DNA of 64,000 nucleotides from an uncultured Planctomycetaceae bacterium (GCA_963785305.1 CAWAUV010000005.1:128001-192000); one strand, 5' to 3'. Positions 42,928-56,134 are shown, counted from the first letter of the stretch. Notes: a model not told the origin generated them from the sequence alone. Numbers and translations: made by a program.

Positions 42928-44292
42928 GTGGAGATCGTCATCGGCTCACTGGCGCTGGCCGGCCTTCTCTGGGGCTGCTTGCTGCTCACGCGCGGAGGCC
43001 TGGTGACCGGCGGCATGCTGGTGGTTCTTGCCGGTTGTTGTTTCGGTCAGCCGTTTTTCAAGCTCGCCGTGGGACCGCTGCCGATCACGATCGATCGCTC
43101 GCTCCTGGGCGTGCTCGCCTTGCAATACGTGATGCTGCGGCGATTTGCCCAGACCGATCCCAAGCCGCTGGCGCGGGCCGATTATCTGCTGTTCGCGTTT
43201 CTGGGCGTGTTGTTCGTCAGCACGATGACCCATGATTGGAAGTTCCGCAATAGTTGGCCGCTGGCCCAATTCGTTTTCCTCTATCTGTTCCCGGTCGTCT
43301 TGTACTGGATCATGCGGCAAGCACGAGTCTCGGAGCGGATGCTCACCGGCCTGTTCGCGGCGGGCGGCGTGTTTGCCTTGTATTTGTGCTTCACGGCCGT
43401 GGCCGAGTCGCATGGTTGGTGGGCATTGGTCTTTCCCGGATATTTGCGATCCACGGAATTCATCGAATTCTATGGCCGCGGTCGCGGGCCGGTGCTTAAT
43501 CCGGCCGGCAACGGTTTCTATCAGGCGTCGATGCTCTCGGCCGGCCTCATGATCTGGCCCCGACTCGGCCGCCGCGGGCAATTCGTGATTCTGGCGATCG
43601 CGCCGCTGGCCGCCTGGGGCGTGTACTGCACCCTGACCCGCAGCGCGTGGATGGGCGCGGCGCTCAGTCTCACGATTGTCGTCGGCTGCGGCCTGCCGCG
43701 CGCCTGGCGGGCTCCGGTGCTCACCAGCTTTGCCCTCGCCGCCACACTGCTCGTGGCCGTGAGTTGGCAAAGCGTGCTCGTGTTCAAGCGCGATAAGAAC
43801 TTAAGCGCCAACGAAAGCCTGGAATCGGCCAAGTTGCGGCCGATTCTCGCGCGGATCGCATGGAACATGTTTCAAGATCGCCCGCTGCTGGGATTCGGCT
43901 TCGGCCAATACTTCACCGAAAGCAAGGCGTATCTCCACGATCGCGACACGGACTTGAACCTCGAAAAAGGCCGGCCGTATATTCAACACAATGTGTTCTT
44001 GGCCCAACTCACGGAAATGGGCCTCTTGGGCATGAGCCTCTGGATCGGGCTGCTCGTGGCGTGGGGGCTCCAAGGCTGGCGGCTGTGGCGAAATCTCGCG
44101 CTGCCGCTCGGCGCCCGGCAGTGCGGGCTTTGGATGCTCGCCACGCTCGGGGCCTATCTGCCCAATGGCATGTTTCAAGACATGGGCGCGATTCCCATGG
44201 TCAACTCGCTGCTGCTGTTCTGCGCCGGCCTGACCACCGGTCTGGCCATCAAAGCGGCCTCGCGGCACGGGGGCGCCGCAATCGCCGGCTGA
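42928..44292 (+). CDS. O-antigen ligase (Wzy_C) family membrane protein
   Basis: Multiple TMs; [36 protein letters not shown]. Confidence 0.88.
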   Translation: MEIVIGSLALAGLLWGCLLLTRGGLVTGGMLVVLAGCCFGQPFFKLAVGPLPITIDRSLLGVLALQYVMLRRFAQTDPKPLARADYLLFAFLGVLFVSTMTHDWKFRNSWPLAQFVFLYLFPVVLYWIMRQARVSERMLTGLFAAGGVFALYLCFTAVAESHGWWALVFPGYLRSTEFIEFYGRGRGPVLNPAGNGFYQASMLSAGLMIWPRLGRRGQFVILAIAPLAAWGVYCTLTRSAWMGAALSLTIVVGCGLPRAWRAPVLTSFALAATLLVAVSWQSVLVFKRDKNLSANESLESAKLRPILARIAWNMFQDRPLLGFGFGQYFTESKAYLHDRDTDLNLEKGRPYIQHNVFLAQLTEMGLLGMSLWIGLLVAWGLQGWRLWRNLALPLGARQCGLWMLATLGAYLPNGMFQDMGAIPMVNSLLLFCAGLTTGLAIKAASRHGGAAIAG

Positions 44293-46305
44293 TCAGAACA
44301 GCTCGGATTGGGCGGGACGCGCTTGGGCCGATTCGACCACGCGGCGGCAGTCGGGCAAGCTTTCGAGAAACAGGCGCCCGTAAGGCTTGGTGCGCAGCGC
44401 GCGGGTCGAGCACCACCACCCGTCCCCGATCTTGCCGACTGCGAATCAGCCGGCCGAAGCCCTGTTTGAGTTTGAGAATCGCCTCGGGCAACTGGCAGTC
44501 TTGAAACGGGTTGCCACCGCGAGCGCGAATCGCCTCGAGCCGCGCCGCCAATAGCGGGCGATCGGGCACGCTAAATGGCAGCCGGGCGATAATCACGGTC
44601 TGCACGCGCGCTGCCCGGCACATCGACGCCTTGCCAAAAACTATCGGCGCCCAAGAGCACGCCGCGCGGGTTGGCCTTGAAGCGTTCGACCATCAGGCTG
44701 CGCGAAAGACCGTCGGCTTGATTATAAAGCGCGAGATTGCGCTCGGCGAGCCAGGGCGAGATTCCCGCGGCGACGCGTTTCATCATGTCGTAGCTGGTGA
44801 GCAAGACGAACGCATGGCCATCGCTTTGGCCGGCGTAGCGCTCGATCATTTCGATCACGCGGCGCTCATAGACTCGCGGTTCCGAAGTGGGATCGGGCAT
44901 GTCGTCGAGCAGCACCAGTTCGGCTTGTTCCCGATAGTTGAAGGGACTGCCCCATTGCCGCGCCTCGCCCGCGGAGAGCCCCACGCGATGCTTGAAATAG
45001 TCGAACGATCCCTGGCCCACGGCCAAGGTGGCGCTGGTCATAATCACCGTGGGCACGCGCTCGAAAAGTTCGGCGCGGAGGGCGGGGCCCACATCGAGCG
45101 GCGCCGCGGCAAGCTCGACGCGCGTGCGGCCGCGGCGCGATTGGGCGATGTCGATCCAATGCACGGCGTCTTCCTGCCGCTGGGTTCGCCAGGCTTCGCA
45201 GGCAAAGGCGAGCGTCGTCAAGCGGTCGGCCGCCGAGGTGAAGTTCTGCTTCTCATCGTCGGTGAATTTGGTCGCGGTCTGGCGCAGGCGATTGGCCAAG
45301 GCCGTGAGCGCGGGCGTGAGGCCATTGGCCACGATGTCGGGATGCGACACTCGCGGCGTGGTCTTGCCGGTTTTGCGAGCCCACTCGAGCACATCGTCGA
45401 AAAACTCCTCGGCCCGCATGTGACAGGTGAGCACGTCTTTCTGCAGCTCGCCGAGCTTGTGATGCACGAGCAGGCCCCTGTTCGTGCGGTCGTTGTAGAG
45501 TTTGTTGAGCAGATATTCGACTTGGCCCGAGGTGACGCTCGCGCCTAGGTGGTCGCTGGCCACGGCTTCGAGCGTGTGGGCTTCGTCGAAGATCGCGATA
45601 TCGTAGTCGGGCAGCAGGTTCGCGCCCTCGCGCCGCAGCGCCAGATCGGAAAAGAACAGGGCATGGTTCACGACCAGCACCTGGGCGTTTTGCATTCGCC
45701 GCCGGGCTTGATAATAAAAGCAATCTTTATATGTCGGACACTGCCGGCCCAGGCAATTGCCGCTGTCGCTTTGGGTCTCTTCCCAAACACTAGGGAGCGG
45801 CTTGTGTTCGAGATCGGCGAGCGAGCCATCGTGGGTTTTCTTGCTCCACGCGGTGAGCTTTCGCAGTTCGGCGAATTCCTCGTCGAGCCGAAAGAGCGAG
45901 CCGCCGCGCTCGACGGCGCTGTTCATGCACCGCAGGCTCAAGTAGTTGCCGCGGCCCTTGACCAACGCCGCGCTGAATTCGAGCGGAATCACGCTGTTGA
46001 GAAACGGAATGTCCTTGAACAGCAGTTGTTCTTGCAGGCTGATCGTGTGCGTCGAGATGACGACGCGCTTGCGGGCCGGCTTGCCATCGGCGGCCGTTGG
46101 TTGGGCCACGGCCAGAATCGCGGGAACCAAATAGGCGAAGCTCTTGCCGACGCCGGTGCCAGCCTCGGCCATCAGAATGCCGGCGGCCCTCGATCGCCGC
46201 GGCCACGGCCTCGCCCATGGCGAGCTGCTCGGAGCGCAGCTCGTAGTTGGGCAGCCGGGCGGCAATGCGGCCTTGGGGTCCGAGAATATCGGCGGGCGTG
46301 AGCAT
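44293..46305 (-). CDS. dinG: DinG/YoaA-family Fe-S helicase (several frameshifts)
   Basis: EAGTGVGKS, Cys cluster, [30 protein letters not shown]. Confidence 0.9.
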
Positions 46306-46444
46306 GAAATTCGGTCGATGGCGAAAACGGGAAGCATCGGGCGACTATTCAAACTACCAATATCCCGCCGCGACCGATAGCCGCGCCGACGCCGTGCTTG
46401 CCGACGCCCCACTTTTCGCCCCGCGTCCACGCGAGTTCGCGTCT

Positions 46445-47464
46445 TCAGGACAACTGCCAAGCCGCCATCTTGAACACATCGGTCAGCCGGCTATTGAGCC
46501 CCAACACGGCGGCCGGCTCGAAGCCGCAGTGGACCATGCAGTTTTCACAGCGCGGATCGGCGCCGGCGCCGAGCTTGTTCCAGTCCGTGAGCTGCACGAG
46601 GTCTTGATACGTCTTGTGATGGGTGTCGGTAATCAGGTAGCAGGGGCCTTTCCAGCCTTTGAGATTTCGCGTGGGATTGGCCCAAGCCGCGCAGCGCAGG
46701 TCGCGCTCGCCCCGCAAGAATTCGAGATAAATCGGCGAGGTGTTGAGCTTGAAGCTGGCCAGTAGGGTCTTGGCCTGCCGGAACTTTTCATGCACATCGG
46801 CCTTGGTCATGAAGATTTCGGCGGCGCCCGTGGGATTCGTGATTTGCACGGCCGAATAGCCATAGGCCGGCGAGAGCATGAAGCCGTCGACGCCGAGCTC
46901 CGTGAGATACGAGAGCAACACGGCGATTTCGTTCATGTCGGTTTCCTTGTATATGGTCGTGTTCGTGCAGACCAGGAAACCGGCCGCCTTCGCCGCCTTG
47001 ATGCCTTCGATCGCTTCCTTGAACACGCCGTCGCGCTCCACGGCCTTATCGTGCGAGGCTTCCATGCCGTCGAGATGCACATTCCAGAAGAAGCGACTCG
47101 TGGGCTTGAACTTGTCGAGCTTCTTGCGGGTAAACATGCCGTTGGTGCAGAGATAGATGTGCTTCTTGCGCTCGAGAATCTTGGCCACGAGCTCGTCGAT
47201 CCAGGGATAAATCATCGGCTCGCCGCCGCAAATGCTCACGATCGGCGCCCCGCATTCGTCGACGCTCGCCAGGCACTCGTCGACACTGAGCTTGTCCTTG
47301 ATCGTCGTGGCGTATTCACGGATGCGCCCGCAGCCGGTGCAAGTGAGATTGCAGGCGTGCAGCGGCTCGAGCATCAAGACCAAGGGAAACTTCCGCTGGC
47401 GCGAAAGCTTCTTCTTGAGCATGTAGGTCGTCATCCGGGCGGTGAGCGAAAGCGGAAAACGCAT
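46445..47464 (-). CDS. hpnH: Adenosylhopane-forming radical SAM protein HpnH
   Basis: LMLEPLHACNLTCTGCG, W.NPTRN..GW..PCYL, C.NCMVHCGFE; directly downstream of shc. Confidence 0.92.
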   Translation of the reverse strand: MRFPLSLTARMTTYMLKKKLSRQRKFPLVLMLEPLHACNLTCTGCGRIREYATTIKDKLSVDECLASVDECGAPIVSICGGEPMIYPWIDELVAKILERKKHIYLCTNGMFTRKKLDKFKPTSRFFWNVHLDGMEASHDKAVERDGVFKEAIEGIKAAKAAGFLVCTNTTIYKETDMNEIAVLLSYLTELGVDGFMLSPAYGYSAVQITNPTGAAEIFMTKADVHEKFRQAKTLLASFKLNTSPIYLEFLRGERDLRCAAWANPTRNLKGWKGPCYLITDTHHKTYQDLVQLTDWNKLGAGADPRCENCMVHCGFEPAAVLGLNSRLTDVFKMAAWQLS

Positions 47465-47531
47465 CGTGCTTCTCTCGCATGAAGGATCGGAAAAATGTGT
47501 CGGCGCAACGTGGGAAAGCAAAACTCGGCTC

Positions 47532-49738
47532 TTAGCCGCTTTGGGTCAGCAAATGTTCGAGCGCTTCGGCTTCCTCGAGCCGCTCGCCTACCGCCGCGGC
47601 CCACTGCCCAAGCGCCAGCAGCGGGAAGTAGATCGGATACATGTGATATCGCAAATAAAACACGAGCGGAAAGCCGGTGCCCGTGAATTCCTTTTCTTCC
47701 CACGAGCCATCGGCTCGCTGACGTTCGATGAGCCACCGCGCGCCGCGCGCCATGGCCGGATGCGCGTGTTCGCCCGCCGCAAGCAAGCCCAGCATCGCCC
47801 AGGCGGTTTGCGAGGGCGTGGTCGGACCCTGACCTCGCTTCTCGGGCGCGGCATAACTATCGGGCGACTCACCCCAGCCGCCATCGGGCTGTTGATAAGC
47901 GAGCAGCCAGTGCGCTCCCGCGCGAATCATCGGGTCGTTTTTATCGACGCCCACGGCCGCGAGCCCCACGAGCGACTGCCACACGCCGTAAATGTAGTTG
48001 ACTCCCCAGCGGCCGAACCAGCTTCCGTCGGCCTCTTGCGTGGACCGCATATATGCCACGGCGCGATCCACCACCGGGTCGCCGACGCGCCGGCCGTAGT
48101 AAGCCAGAGTTTCGAGCACCCGGCCGGCCAAGTCGGGAGTGCTGGGATCGATCATCGCGTTGTGATCGGCGAACGGCACATGGCACAAGAACTCGCGATC
48201 GTTGTCGCGGTCGAAAGCGCCCCAGCCGCCATCGCGATTTTGCATTGCCAATACCCAGGCCAGCCCGCGCTCGGTGGCGGCCAGCAATCGATCGATCGCG
48301 ATCACTTGCCGACGCGCTTCGCGCGCATTCGGCAGCGATTGCCGATCGACCACATGCAGCTCCGGCGGCAAATGTCCGGCGCCGGCCGCGGTCGAAGCGT
48401 TACGGGCTCGGGGCTTGCGGCCAAGCCGCGGCGCCAGGGCCATGAGCGCCATGATCGTGTCGTCGACATCGGGATAGAATTCGTTGGCGTGCTCGAAACA
48501 CCAGCCGCCGCTGGGGGCGTCGACCGTTTCGGCCCAATCGCCGCGTCGCGAGATTTGTTGGTCGAGCAGCCAAGCCACGCCGCGCTCGATTGCCGGATCG
48601 CACGGTTCGACCCCGCTGGCGTCGAGCGCCCGCAGGGTAATGGCGGTATCCCAGACCGGCGATTTGCAGGGCTGCAATCGCAAGGTGGTTTCGGTTTCGA
48701 TCATCAGGCCGTCGAGCTGTTCGCGGCAATAGACTTGCTCGGGGCTCGCGTCGGCGTAGCCGCGCAATTTGAGCGCGATCACGCTGAAGATCATCGGCGG
48801 AAAGATCGCCCCCAGCCCATCGCTGCCGGCGAATCGCTCGACGATCCACTTCTCCGCCGCTTGAAGCGCCCGCCGCCGAAGCGGCACGAAACCCACTCGC
48901 TCGCAAAGCTTAATGCCGCGGTCGAGCAGCCGGAAGAAGCGATCCCAGCTCACGAGCCGCGGAGCCTCGGGCCGGCCCGGGCAGCGCAGCGGCGGCCAAT
49001 GCTCCGGCGCCTTGATGAAAAGTTCCGACACGCCGAAGCGCGGGTCGAGTCGCGCCACCGGCTTATAAGCCCACATCACCGCCAGCGGAGCGAGAATCGT
49101 GCGCGACCAGGCGCTCATGCGGTAGAGATTGATCGGAAACCAAGTGGGCAACAGCACCATTTCCGGTGGCACGGCCGGGCACTGGTCGTAGGGAATCTGC
49201 CCCAGGAGCGCGAGGTAAAACCGCGTGAAGCTATTTACCGCATCGGCCCCGCCGTGAGCGAGAATGGCCCCGCGGGCACGCTGCATCGGCTCGCCACTGG
49301 GGTCATGGCCCGTGAGCTTGAGGGCGAAGTAGGCTTTCACGCTCGCGCCCACATCGACCGCCCCGCCCGGATAGATCGCCCAGCCACCCTTGGGGAGCTG
49401 CGCGAGCTCGATATGGCGGGCCGCTTTCCGGCGCGCTCGGAGCCGTGTTCGCCCAGATAGGCGAGCAACAAAATGTATTCGCTTTCGAGGATCGTGTCGC
49501 CCTCGAGCTCGCCGACCCAGTAGCCGTCGGCATGCTGCGCGGCGAGCAGCCATTGGCGGGCCGTGAGAATCGCCCGGCGCAGCCCGCTGCCGGGACGAAG
49601 CGAAGCGGCGCCCGATGGTTCGTGGGCGATGCTGGCTTCAATGCCGCGCGGGGCCGTCATGGGCATCGCGCCTGAGGAGTGAATGTCATATTCTCTCGTC
49701 CTGGTGGGGACGCGATCTTCCTTGAGGCCGTCATCCAT
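47532..49738 (-). CDS. shc: Squalene-hopene cyclase (frameshift near 49425; start uncertain)
   Basis: QHADGYW.GELE, YPDVDDT, QNRDGGWGAFD, GRWGVNYIYG, FTGTGFP..FYLRY. Confidence 0.95.
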
Positions 49739-49922
49739 GACGCGCTGGCCACGAGCGCAAAAAGGCTCACGGCGCCAAGAGCTTATGCGACGCGCGGCGA
49801 TCCGGCAAGGGCAGCTCTTGCAAACCAAAAAAACCAAGCAAGGCATCAGCCGAGTAGCATACCCACGCTTGTCGTGGCCAGGGGCGATCGGCGGCCGAGC
49901 ATGCGTAAACCCGGCAAGGCGA

Positions 49923-50237
49923 TCAGCCCAGCGTGATCTTGTCGATCTTCACCCGGGTGTGCAGTTGGCGATGACCGGTGCGGCGGCGATAGGTTTTGCG
50001 GCGGCGGAATTTTTGGATCACGAGCTTTTCGCCTTGGAAGACGCCGAGCACTTTGGCCGTGACCACGGCGCCCTCGAGCGCCGGGGCGCCAAACCGCAGG
50101 CTCGAGCCATCGCTGCCGGCGAGCACTTTGCGGAACTCAAGCGGCGACCCGGCCGAGAGATCGCGATAATCGACTTCTAACTCCTGACCCTCGACGACCT
50201 TATACTGCCGGCCGCCGTCGACGATAATCGCGTACAT
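49923..50237 (-). CDS. rplU: 50S ribosomal protein L21
   Basis: MYAII..GGRQYKV.EG, KFRRRK.YRRRTGHRQ. Confidence 0.98.
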   Translation of the reverse strand: MYAIIVDGGRQYKVVEGQELEVDYRDLSAGSPLEFRKVLAGSDGSSLRFGAPALEGAVVTAKVLGVFQGEKLVIQKFRRRKTYRRRTGHRQLHTRVKIDKITLG

Positions 50238-50524
50238 AGTGCGTGACCCAAATCTGAAAAAGGCGCCAATCTTGAAAAACTCCCGCCTCCCGAATTCGCC
50301 TTCGCGGCGAACTTACCCGGCAATCAGCGCTTAAAAGGCCGGTAGGGAAGCCCCATAGCGTAGCAAAAATCCCAAATCGCGTCGAGTGCCCCGACCCGCG
50401 CTTTTTGTGCCTTTGTGCCTTTTTGGGAGATTTTGCCCTCGTGAAGAATTCGGGAGCTCTCGATTGCCCGGCGGCAAAACGGTCCCAAGCATTCCCGGAG
50501 TGGGCGAAATCGCGTGGCGGGCGA

Positions 50525-52488
50525 TTAGCGATCGACGCCGACCGCCTGTTTTTTGCGGGCGATCGACTCTTCGGCCACTGCCTGCTCGGTTGCCTGCTCG
50601 GCTTTCGTCGCTTTCGACCTGTTCCAGGCAAGATGCTGGTAGGGCGTCGGCGGCGGGTCGAGCGGGCCCGTGATTCGACCCACGATGACGGTCATGTCGG
50701 CCGAGGCGCGCCGCATCGGGTCGCATGGCACCGCCATCACCGGCTCCCAGGCAAATGGCAACATGCCCGATGTCTTGCCCCAGCGGCGACCACGGCCGTC
50801 GGATCGAAACCAGTTGCTATCGCCAAGGTGTAGATCGAAGCAGAAATACGTGATGCCCGGCGTAAGCTCATCGGCGTGTTCGGGCCAATCCACCTGCGGA
50901 ATCGTATCGCCATAGAAATACGCGAACCGATGCGCGATCGGACCGAAGCTCACGAGCCGCGTCCCCGGCGGAAACTGCTTTCGCAACTTGGCGATCACCG
51001 GCGCGAGGTCGTTGGACTTATTGAGCCGCAGATTCACGAGTACTCCGGTCTGCGTGATGCCCAATAGCGCGACCAGGGTAAGCAGCGCGGTTTGCGGGGA
51101 GAGCGATCGCGCCCAGCGGGCCCAGCGGCTTTGGGCAATGCGCCGGGGCAAGTTTTCTTGCGAGCCGAGAAAGAATGTCACGAAGGTCAAGAGGCCCAGC
51201 AATGTGTAGCCCACGGCGAACCAGGCCGGCTGCCGGAGCGGTTCGAGTTTCTTGATGCCGGCCAGCGGCGCGATGCCGGTGACGAGTCCCAGCCCGAAGA
51301 CCACGAGGCATATCGTGCGCGGCAAATGACGCCAAGCGGCGCCTTCGAGCTTGCTGGGCACACTGGCCGACCAGCGCTCGACGACAATGCCCACCAAGAG
51401 GGCGATGCAGGGATAAAGCGGCATGAAGTACCGACCACGCGCGCCCGATGAAATCCATACGGTCGGATACGTGATCGCCAGGGCCGCGAACAAAAAGATC
51501 AACTGCGGCCGACAGGGCCGGAGCGAGCGGCGAAAGTGGGGAAACAAATACGCCGCCAGCAGTGGGCTCCAAGGAAAGAGGCAGCCGAGTGTCTCGCAGG
51601 GATAGCTCAGCATGTGCAGCGCGAGCCCCTCCCATTTGAAGCGGTCGCGCGCGAGGCCCGACCAAATATCGCGCACATCTTCCCAATCGCTAGCCAGGAA
51701 AAAGGGAACTTGCCACAGGCCGACCACGAAGAGAAATGTCGCGACGCCGGCCACATGGGACCAGCTTATCAGCCGCCGCCACTCGCCACGGAGGACGAGA
51801 AAAGCGCCGGTCACGGCCACGAAATACACCGGCGCTCGGGGCCCCTTGTCGAGCGCGGCCAAGCCGGCGAGGAAATAGCCTCCCATCCACATTGCCGTTT
51901 CCGAGCGGCGGCAGGAGTAGAAGGCGTGCCAGAAGAGCATCGACCCGGCCGAGAGGCAGGTAAACAGCGATTCCGACTCGCCCAACTGGCAAAGCTGCAA
52001 GACTTGGCCAAAGGTGACGTAAGCCCCGGCCGCGCCGAGAGCGCCACTCGACTGAGAAATGTGCGGCCATAGCCGTAGATCAAGATCGACGTGGCCAGCG
52101 CCGCGAGCACGCTGGGCAGGCGAATCGCCAGCGGGCTCATGTGCCCGATGGCGAGCGCCACGATCGCCATCATCCAACTGCCGAGCGGCGGCCGTTCGGG
52201 AAACACATGGCCTTGCTGACGCGGCACGATCCAGTCGCCACTGGCGATCATTTCCTTGGCGCTCGTGGCCCAGCGCGATTCCTCGCCGCAGACCGGCAGC
52301 GCCGTGAGTCGGGCCGTGAAAGTGGCCAGCACCACCACGGCCAAGAGCACGATCTCGCGCTCGCGCCACCAGCCGGGCGCCGCGTGTGGCGGCGGATAGT
52401 CCGGCTCCGATTCGCGCGGCGCGGTATCGCCGTGCGAAGCCTGAGCGTGTGGGGCGATCGGTGTTTCTGAAATCGATTCCGGAATCAC
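50525..52488 (-). CDS. ArnT/PMT-family (GT83-like) glycosyltransferase (frameshift near 52050; start uncertain)
   Basis: GEESRW...AKEM..SGDWIVP, ERPPL..W, RLPS, KGP, RYFMPLYP. Confidence 0.85.
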
Positions 52489-52661
52489 GGTGGAAATCGG
52501 CTTTCGAGGACGTTGAAGACTCTGGGTGGCGGGCGACCAAACTCGCGATCCCACCGCGCGGGGCGTGGAGAGTCCCAAAAACCGACGCCCGCGGCAAGAC
52601 GAATTTGCGGGGAAAAAAATGGCGAAGGCGCCGGGTTCGATCGCAAGAGCCGCCCGTCGCC

Positions 52662-53597
52662 TTAGCGTGTCCCCACGGGCGGATTCGCCTCGTCGAGTCG
52701 GAGCACGAGGCCCTGCACATCGAAGGCTTTGCCTTGCGGACCCGGGGGTTCTTCGGGCGCCACGATCCAGGCCCAGCGGTCGCGGGTCTGAATCACGAAG
52801 CGAGAATCGAGATAGTCGGCCAAATCGCCGGTCGCCGTCATCCGTAGCCCGCCGCGCGTGGACCAGGTTGCCGGTCCGGCCCAATTCAAAAAGCTGACTC
52901 GCACGCTTTCAGACAAATAAATCCGGCCGCCCGGCGCCACGAGCGACGGCAGATCGGCGACAAAGCGGCGCTCGAGCGCTCGGGCCAAGAGCGCGAGCGA
53001 GTCGAACCAAAGCTTCGATTCGGCCAGTTCACGCGTCGCTTGGGGAAATCGCTGGGCAAACAGATCGCGGGCCACTTGCCAAGCCGGCGCATGCAACTGG
53101 CTAAGTAGGCACGACGCCACGACCAGCGTATATCGCTCCCCCGACGGATCGCCGGCCGAAGCACTCGCTTCGTGGCCGGCCCCGAGCGGCGCGGCGGCCA
53201 CTTGCGACATCGCCTCGATCGCGGCGGCCGCCGTCGACTCGCGATCGAGAGCTCGGCGCCATGCTTCGCCCAGGCAGGCGATTTGCCCCGTAAGATCGCG
53301 AGTGCGCCATTGGAGCCTCGCGGCGTCGGCCGAGCCGATTCTGCTCTCTACCAGCGCGGCGCTGTCCGCGGGCGGTTTGATATCGTCGATCACAATGCGG
53401 TCGAATCGACTCGCCAGGTCTTCGAGCGGAATCTCGCGACACGCGCCGCCGCCCAGCACAATCGCTTGGCGCGCTCCAGCGGCCGGCGCCAGGGGTTCGG
53501 CGAGCGCCGCCTCGGCCGCGGCCAAGATCAATCGCGAACTGGCGGCCACCTGTTCGTCGGCCCGGGCGGGCAGGAGAGTATGCTTCGGTCGGCTCAT
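52662..53597 (-). CDS. Hypothetical protein with a SAM-methyltransferase-like fold
   Basis: IVLGGG.C.EIPL..L..RFD.I...D, DLTG, L.PGG. Confidence 0.6.
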   Translation of the reverse strand: MSRPKHTLLPARADEQVAASSRLILAAAEAALAEPLAPAAGARQAIVLGGGACREIPLEDLASRFDRIVIDDIKPPADSAALVESRIGSADAARLQWRTRDLTGQIACLGEAWRRALDRESTAAAAIEAMSQVAAAPLGAGHEASASAGDPSGERYTLVVASCLLSQLHAPAWQVARDLFAQRFPQATRELAESKLWFDSLALLARALERRFVADLPSLVAPGGRIYLSESVRVSFLNWAGPATWSTRGGLRMTATGDLADYLDSRFVIQTRDRWAWIVAPEEPPGPQGKAFDVQGLVLRLDEANPPVGTR

Positions 53598-54353
53598 CGC
53601 GCGGACCTCGGCTCGGATTGCTTACCGAGGCGCGGGGCGGGGCGCGTGGTGAGCCCCGGCGCGACGCTCGGTTGGGCCAGGGCGAACCAGTCGAGCGGTT
53701 CGGAAAAATCGCCCGCGCGAAAGCCCAGCGTCAAGAGCGGCACATCGGCGGCGCGGCGGCGAATCTCGCGGGCATTGGTCGTGAGGCTCGGATGCGGCTC
53801 GGGGTCGAGTGTGCTGAGCACGACCGCGCCCAGCGGGAGCCGCGGCGCGAACATCCGCGCCACGGCCAAGGTTTGCAAGGTTTGATTGATGGCGCCCAGC
53901 GTGTTGCGCCACCACCACGAGCGGAAAACCGAGCTCCGCGGCAAGCGTGGCCACATCGCAATCCTCGGCCAGTGGCGAGAGCAGCCCGCCGGCGCCCTCG
54001 ACGATCACCACATCGCTCCGGTCGAGCCAGTAGTCGAGCCCGGCGGCGAGCAGGCGTCGATCAATGACGCGCCCCTCGGCGGCCGCGGCCAAACCCGGCG
54101 CCAGCGGCGCGGCGAATCGCTGCGGGCACACGCGGTCGAGCTCGCCCGGAGCGCCGGCGGCTTGCCACAGTGTCCAGGCATCGCGCGGCATGAGCCGGCC
54201 ATCTTCGAGTTCGCAGCCGCTTTCGGCGGGCTTATACACACCCACGCGATGCCCAGCCGCCGCGAGGCGCCGCGCGATCAGCGCCCCGACATGGGTTTTA
54301 CCCACCTCGGTATCGGCGCCGGCAATGAACAAACCGCGAACGGAGTGCGACAT
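53594..54353 (-). CDS. bioD: Dethiobiotin synthase (frameshift near 53910)
   Basis: GADTEVGKT, YKPAESG, VEGAGGLLSP, LGAINQTL. Confidence 0.93.
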
Positions 54354-54416
54354 GGTAAAGGAAATCGTGGCGATTATGAGTGCGATTCAATCGACGATGG
54401 GGACGGATGGGGCTGT

Positions 54417-56134
54417 TCAATGCGCGGTCGCGACTTGTGTGCGTTTGGCGCGGCGGCGGCGCCAGGCTTCGCGAAAGCCAACTCCACCCAGGCCAAAGCA
54501 CGCCGCCAAGCAGGCGCCCGAGAGCCAGTCGCCGTGGTCCAGGTAAAAACTAACTCGCTGGACGATCGTCGGCCGGGCGAGAATGAATTCGCTGGTTTGC
54601 CGGCCGCCTTGGGCGCGGATTTCGCCCGTGGCTTCGATCCAGGCGGAAAAGCCGGTGTTGGCCGCCACCAGGAGCGGTTTGCGAGTCTCGATCGCCCGGC
54701 ACACGCCGCAGGCCAAGTGCATGTCGAGCTCGGTCGAGCCCCAGAACCAGCCGTCATTCGTGAGGTTCACCAGCACATCGGGCTCTTCGCCGCGGGCGCG
54801 AAGCTCGTTGACATGTTCGCGCATCATGTGGGGCGACGTGGTTTCATAGCAGATATTCGGCGCATAACGCACCCCATCGATCACGGCCGATTCCGCGCCG
54901 CGGCCGGCATTGAGCCCGCCGGGCAGCGGCGTGAAGCGATAGAGCCACGGAAAGCGATCGGCCAGCGGCACATATTCGCCGAACATCACCAGATAGCATT
55001 TGTCGTAGCGGCCAATCGCCCGGCCCTCGCGATCGAGAAATAGGGCCGAGTTGAAGCGTTCCTCGCGGCCGGGCGAGTAGACCATGGTGTCGATGCCCAG
55101 CAGGGCCGGAGCGCCAACCGGCGCGACGCTTCGGCGATGATCTCTTCCGTGGTCCGACGCACTTGGCCCACGTCGTAGCGAGCGTCGGGCGGCGGTTGAA
55201 AGTCGTCGCTAAAGGTGAACCACGGCTCGCGAAACATGGTTTCGGGCCACACGATCAAGTCGAGCCGCAGCCCTTCGGCCCGGGCCCGATCGGAGGCGGC
55301 TCGCGAGAGGCCGAAATATTCGTCGTGTACCTGCATCCGCCGTGCGCCGTCGGGATCGCTCTTGAGCTCGGTGTTGACGGAGCCTTGAATCAGCGCGACC
55401 ACCGGACTCGGCTTCAGGTAGCCGGTGGAAACACCCGCGGGCTCGCCGAGGCGGTATTGCCCGTAGGCCCAAGCCGCCAGCGGCGCGACAACCAGCGGAA
55501 TCGCCGGCCACCATTTGCCGCGCTGGCCGGCCCAAGGCACGAGCATCGCCAAACATGCGGCGACAAGCGCCAGCAGAAAGCTCACCATGTAGGCGCCGCC
55601 GAGATCCGAAATTTGCAAGATCGGCAGCCGGCGAACCTGGGTGTGGCCGAGCGCGGCCATGAGAAACCCGGTCAAGACATGCGCCCGAGCCAATTCGAGC
55701 CCGGTCCAGACGACGGGCGCCGCGACAACGGGCGAGATTCGCAGCCGCCACTTCGCCACGCGGATCAGCCAGACCGTGAGCGGCCAGTAGACACCCATGT
55801 AGATCGAGATCGCGAGCCACCCAAAAGCCGTGGCCCAGTGCGGCAACGTGAGCCAGTACACGCTCACGAGCCAAAATCCGACGCCGCAGGCATAGAGTGT
55901 CCAATACGGTCGCTTGCCTGGCAAATGTTCTTGCCTGGCCAGCAGCACGAACGGGGCCACGGCGAGCCAACCGAGCGGCCAGAGATTCAGCGGCGGCAGC
56001 GCGGCCCAAAACAGCGCACTGCCCAAAAGCCCCAGAAACCAGGGCCGATACCAATAGCGTTCGGCGCCCGGCGTGGCGAGCGCTGTGGGGGCCGAGAGCG
56101 GCGCGGCGGAGGCAAGGGGAGCGAGCGTGGTCAT
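54417..56134 (-). CDS. lnt: Apolipoprotein N-acyltransferase (frameshift near 55100)
   Basis: TM region; IVWPET, YDK..LVMFGEYVP, ICYE, TNDGWF, RAIE.R, ANTG.S. Confidence 0.95.

Noticed and set aside
47442..49460. Long antisense ORFs (also 1697-3046, 20284-22011, 25458-26945, 17300-18505)
   Set aside because: Shadow ORFs opposite well-supported genes, caused by high-GC codon bias.
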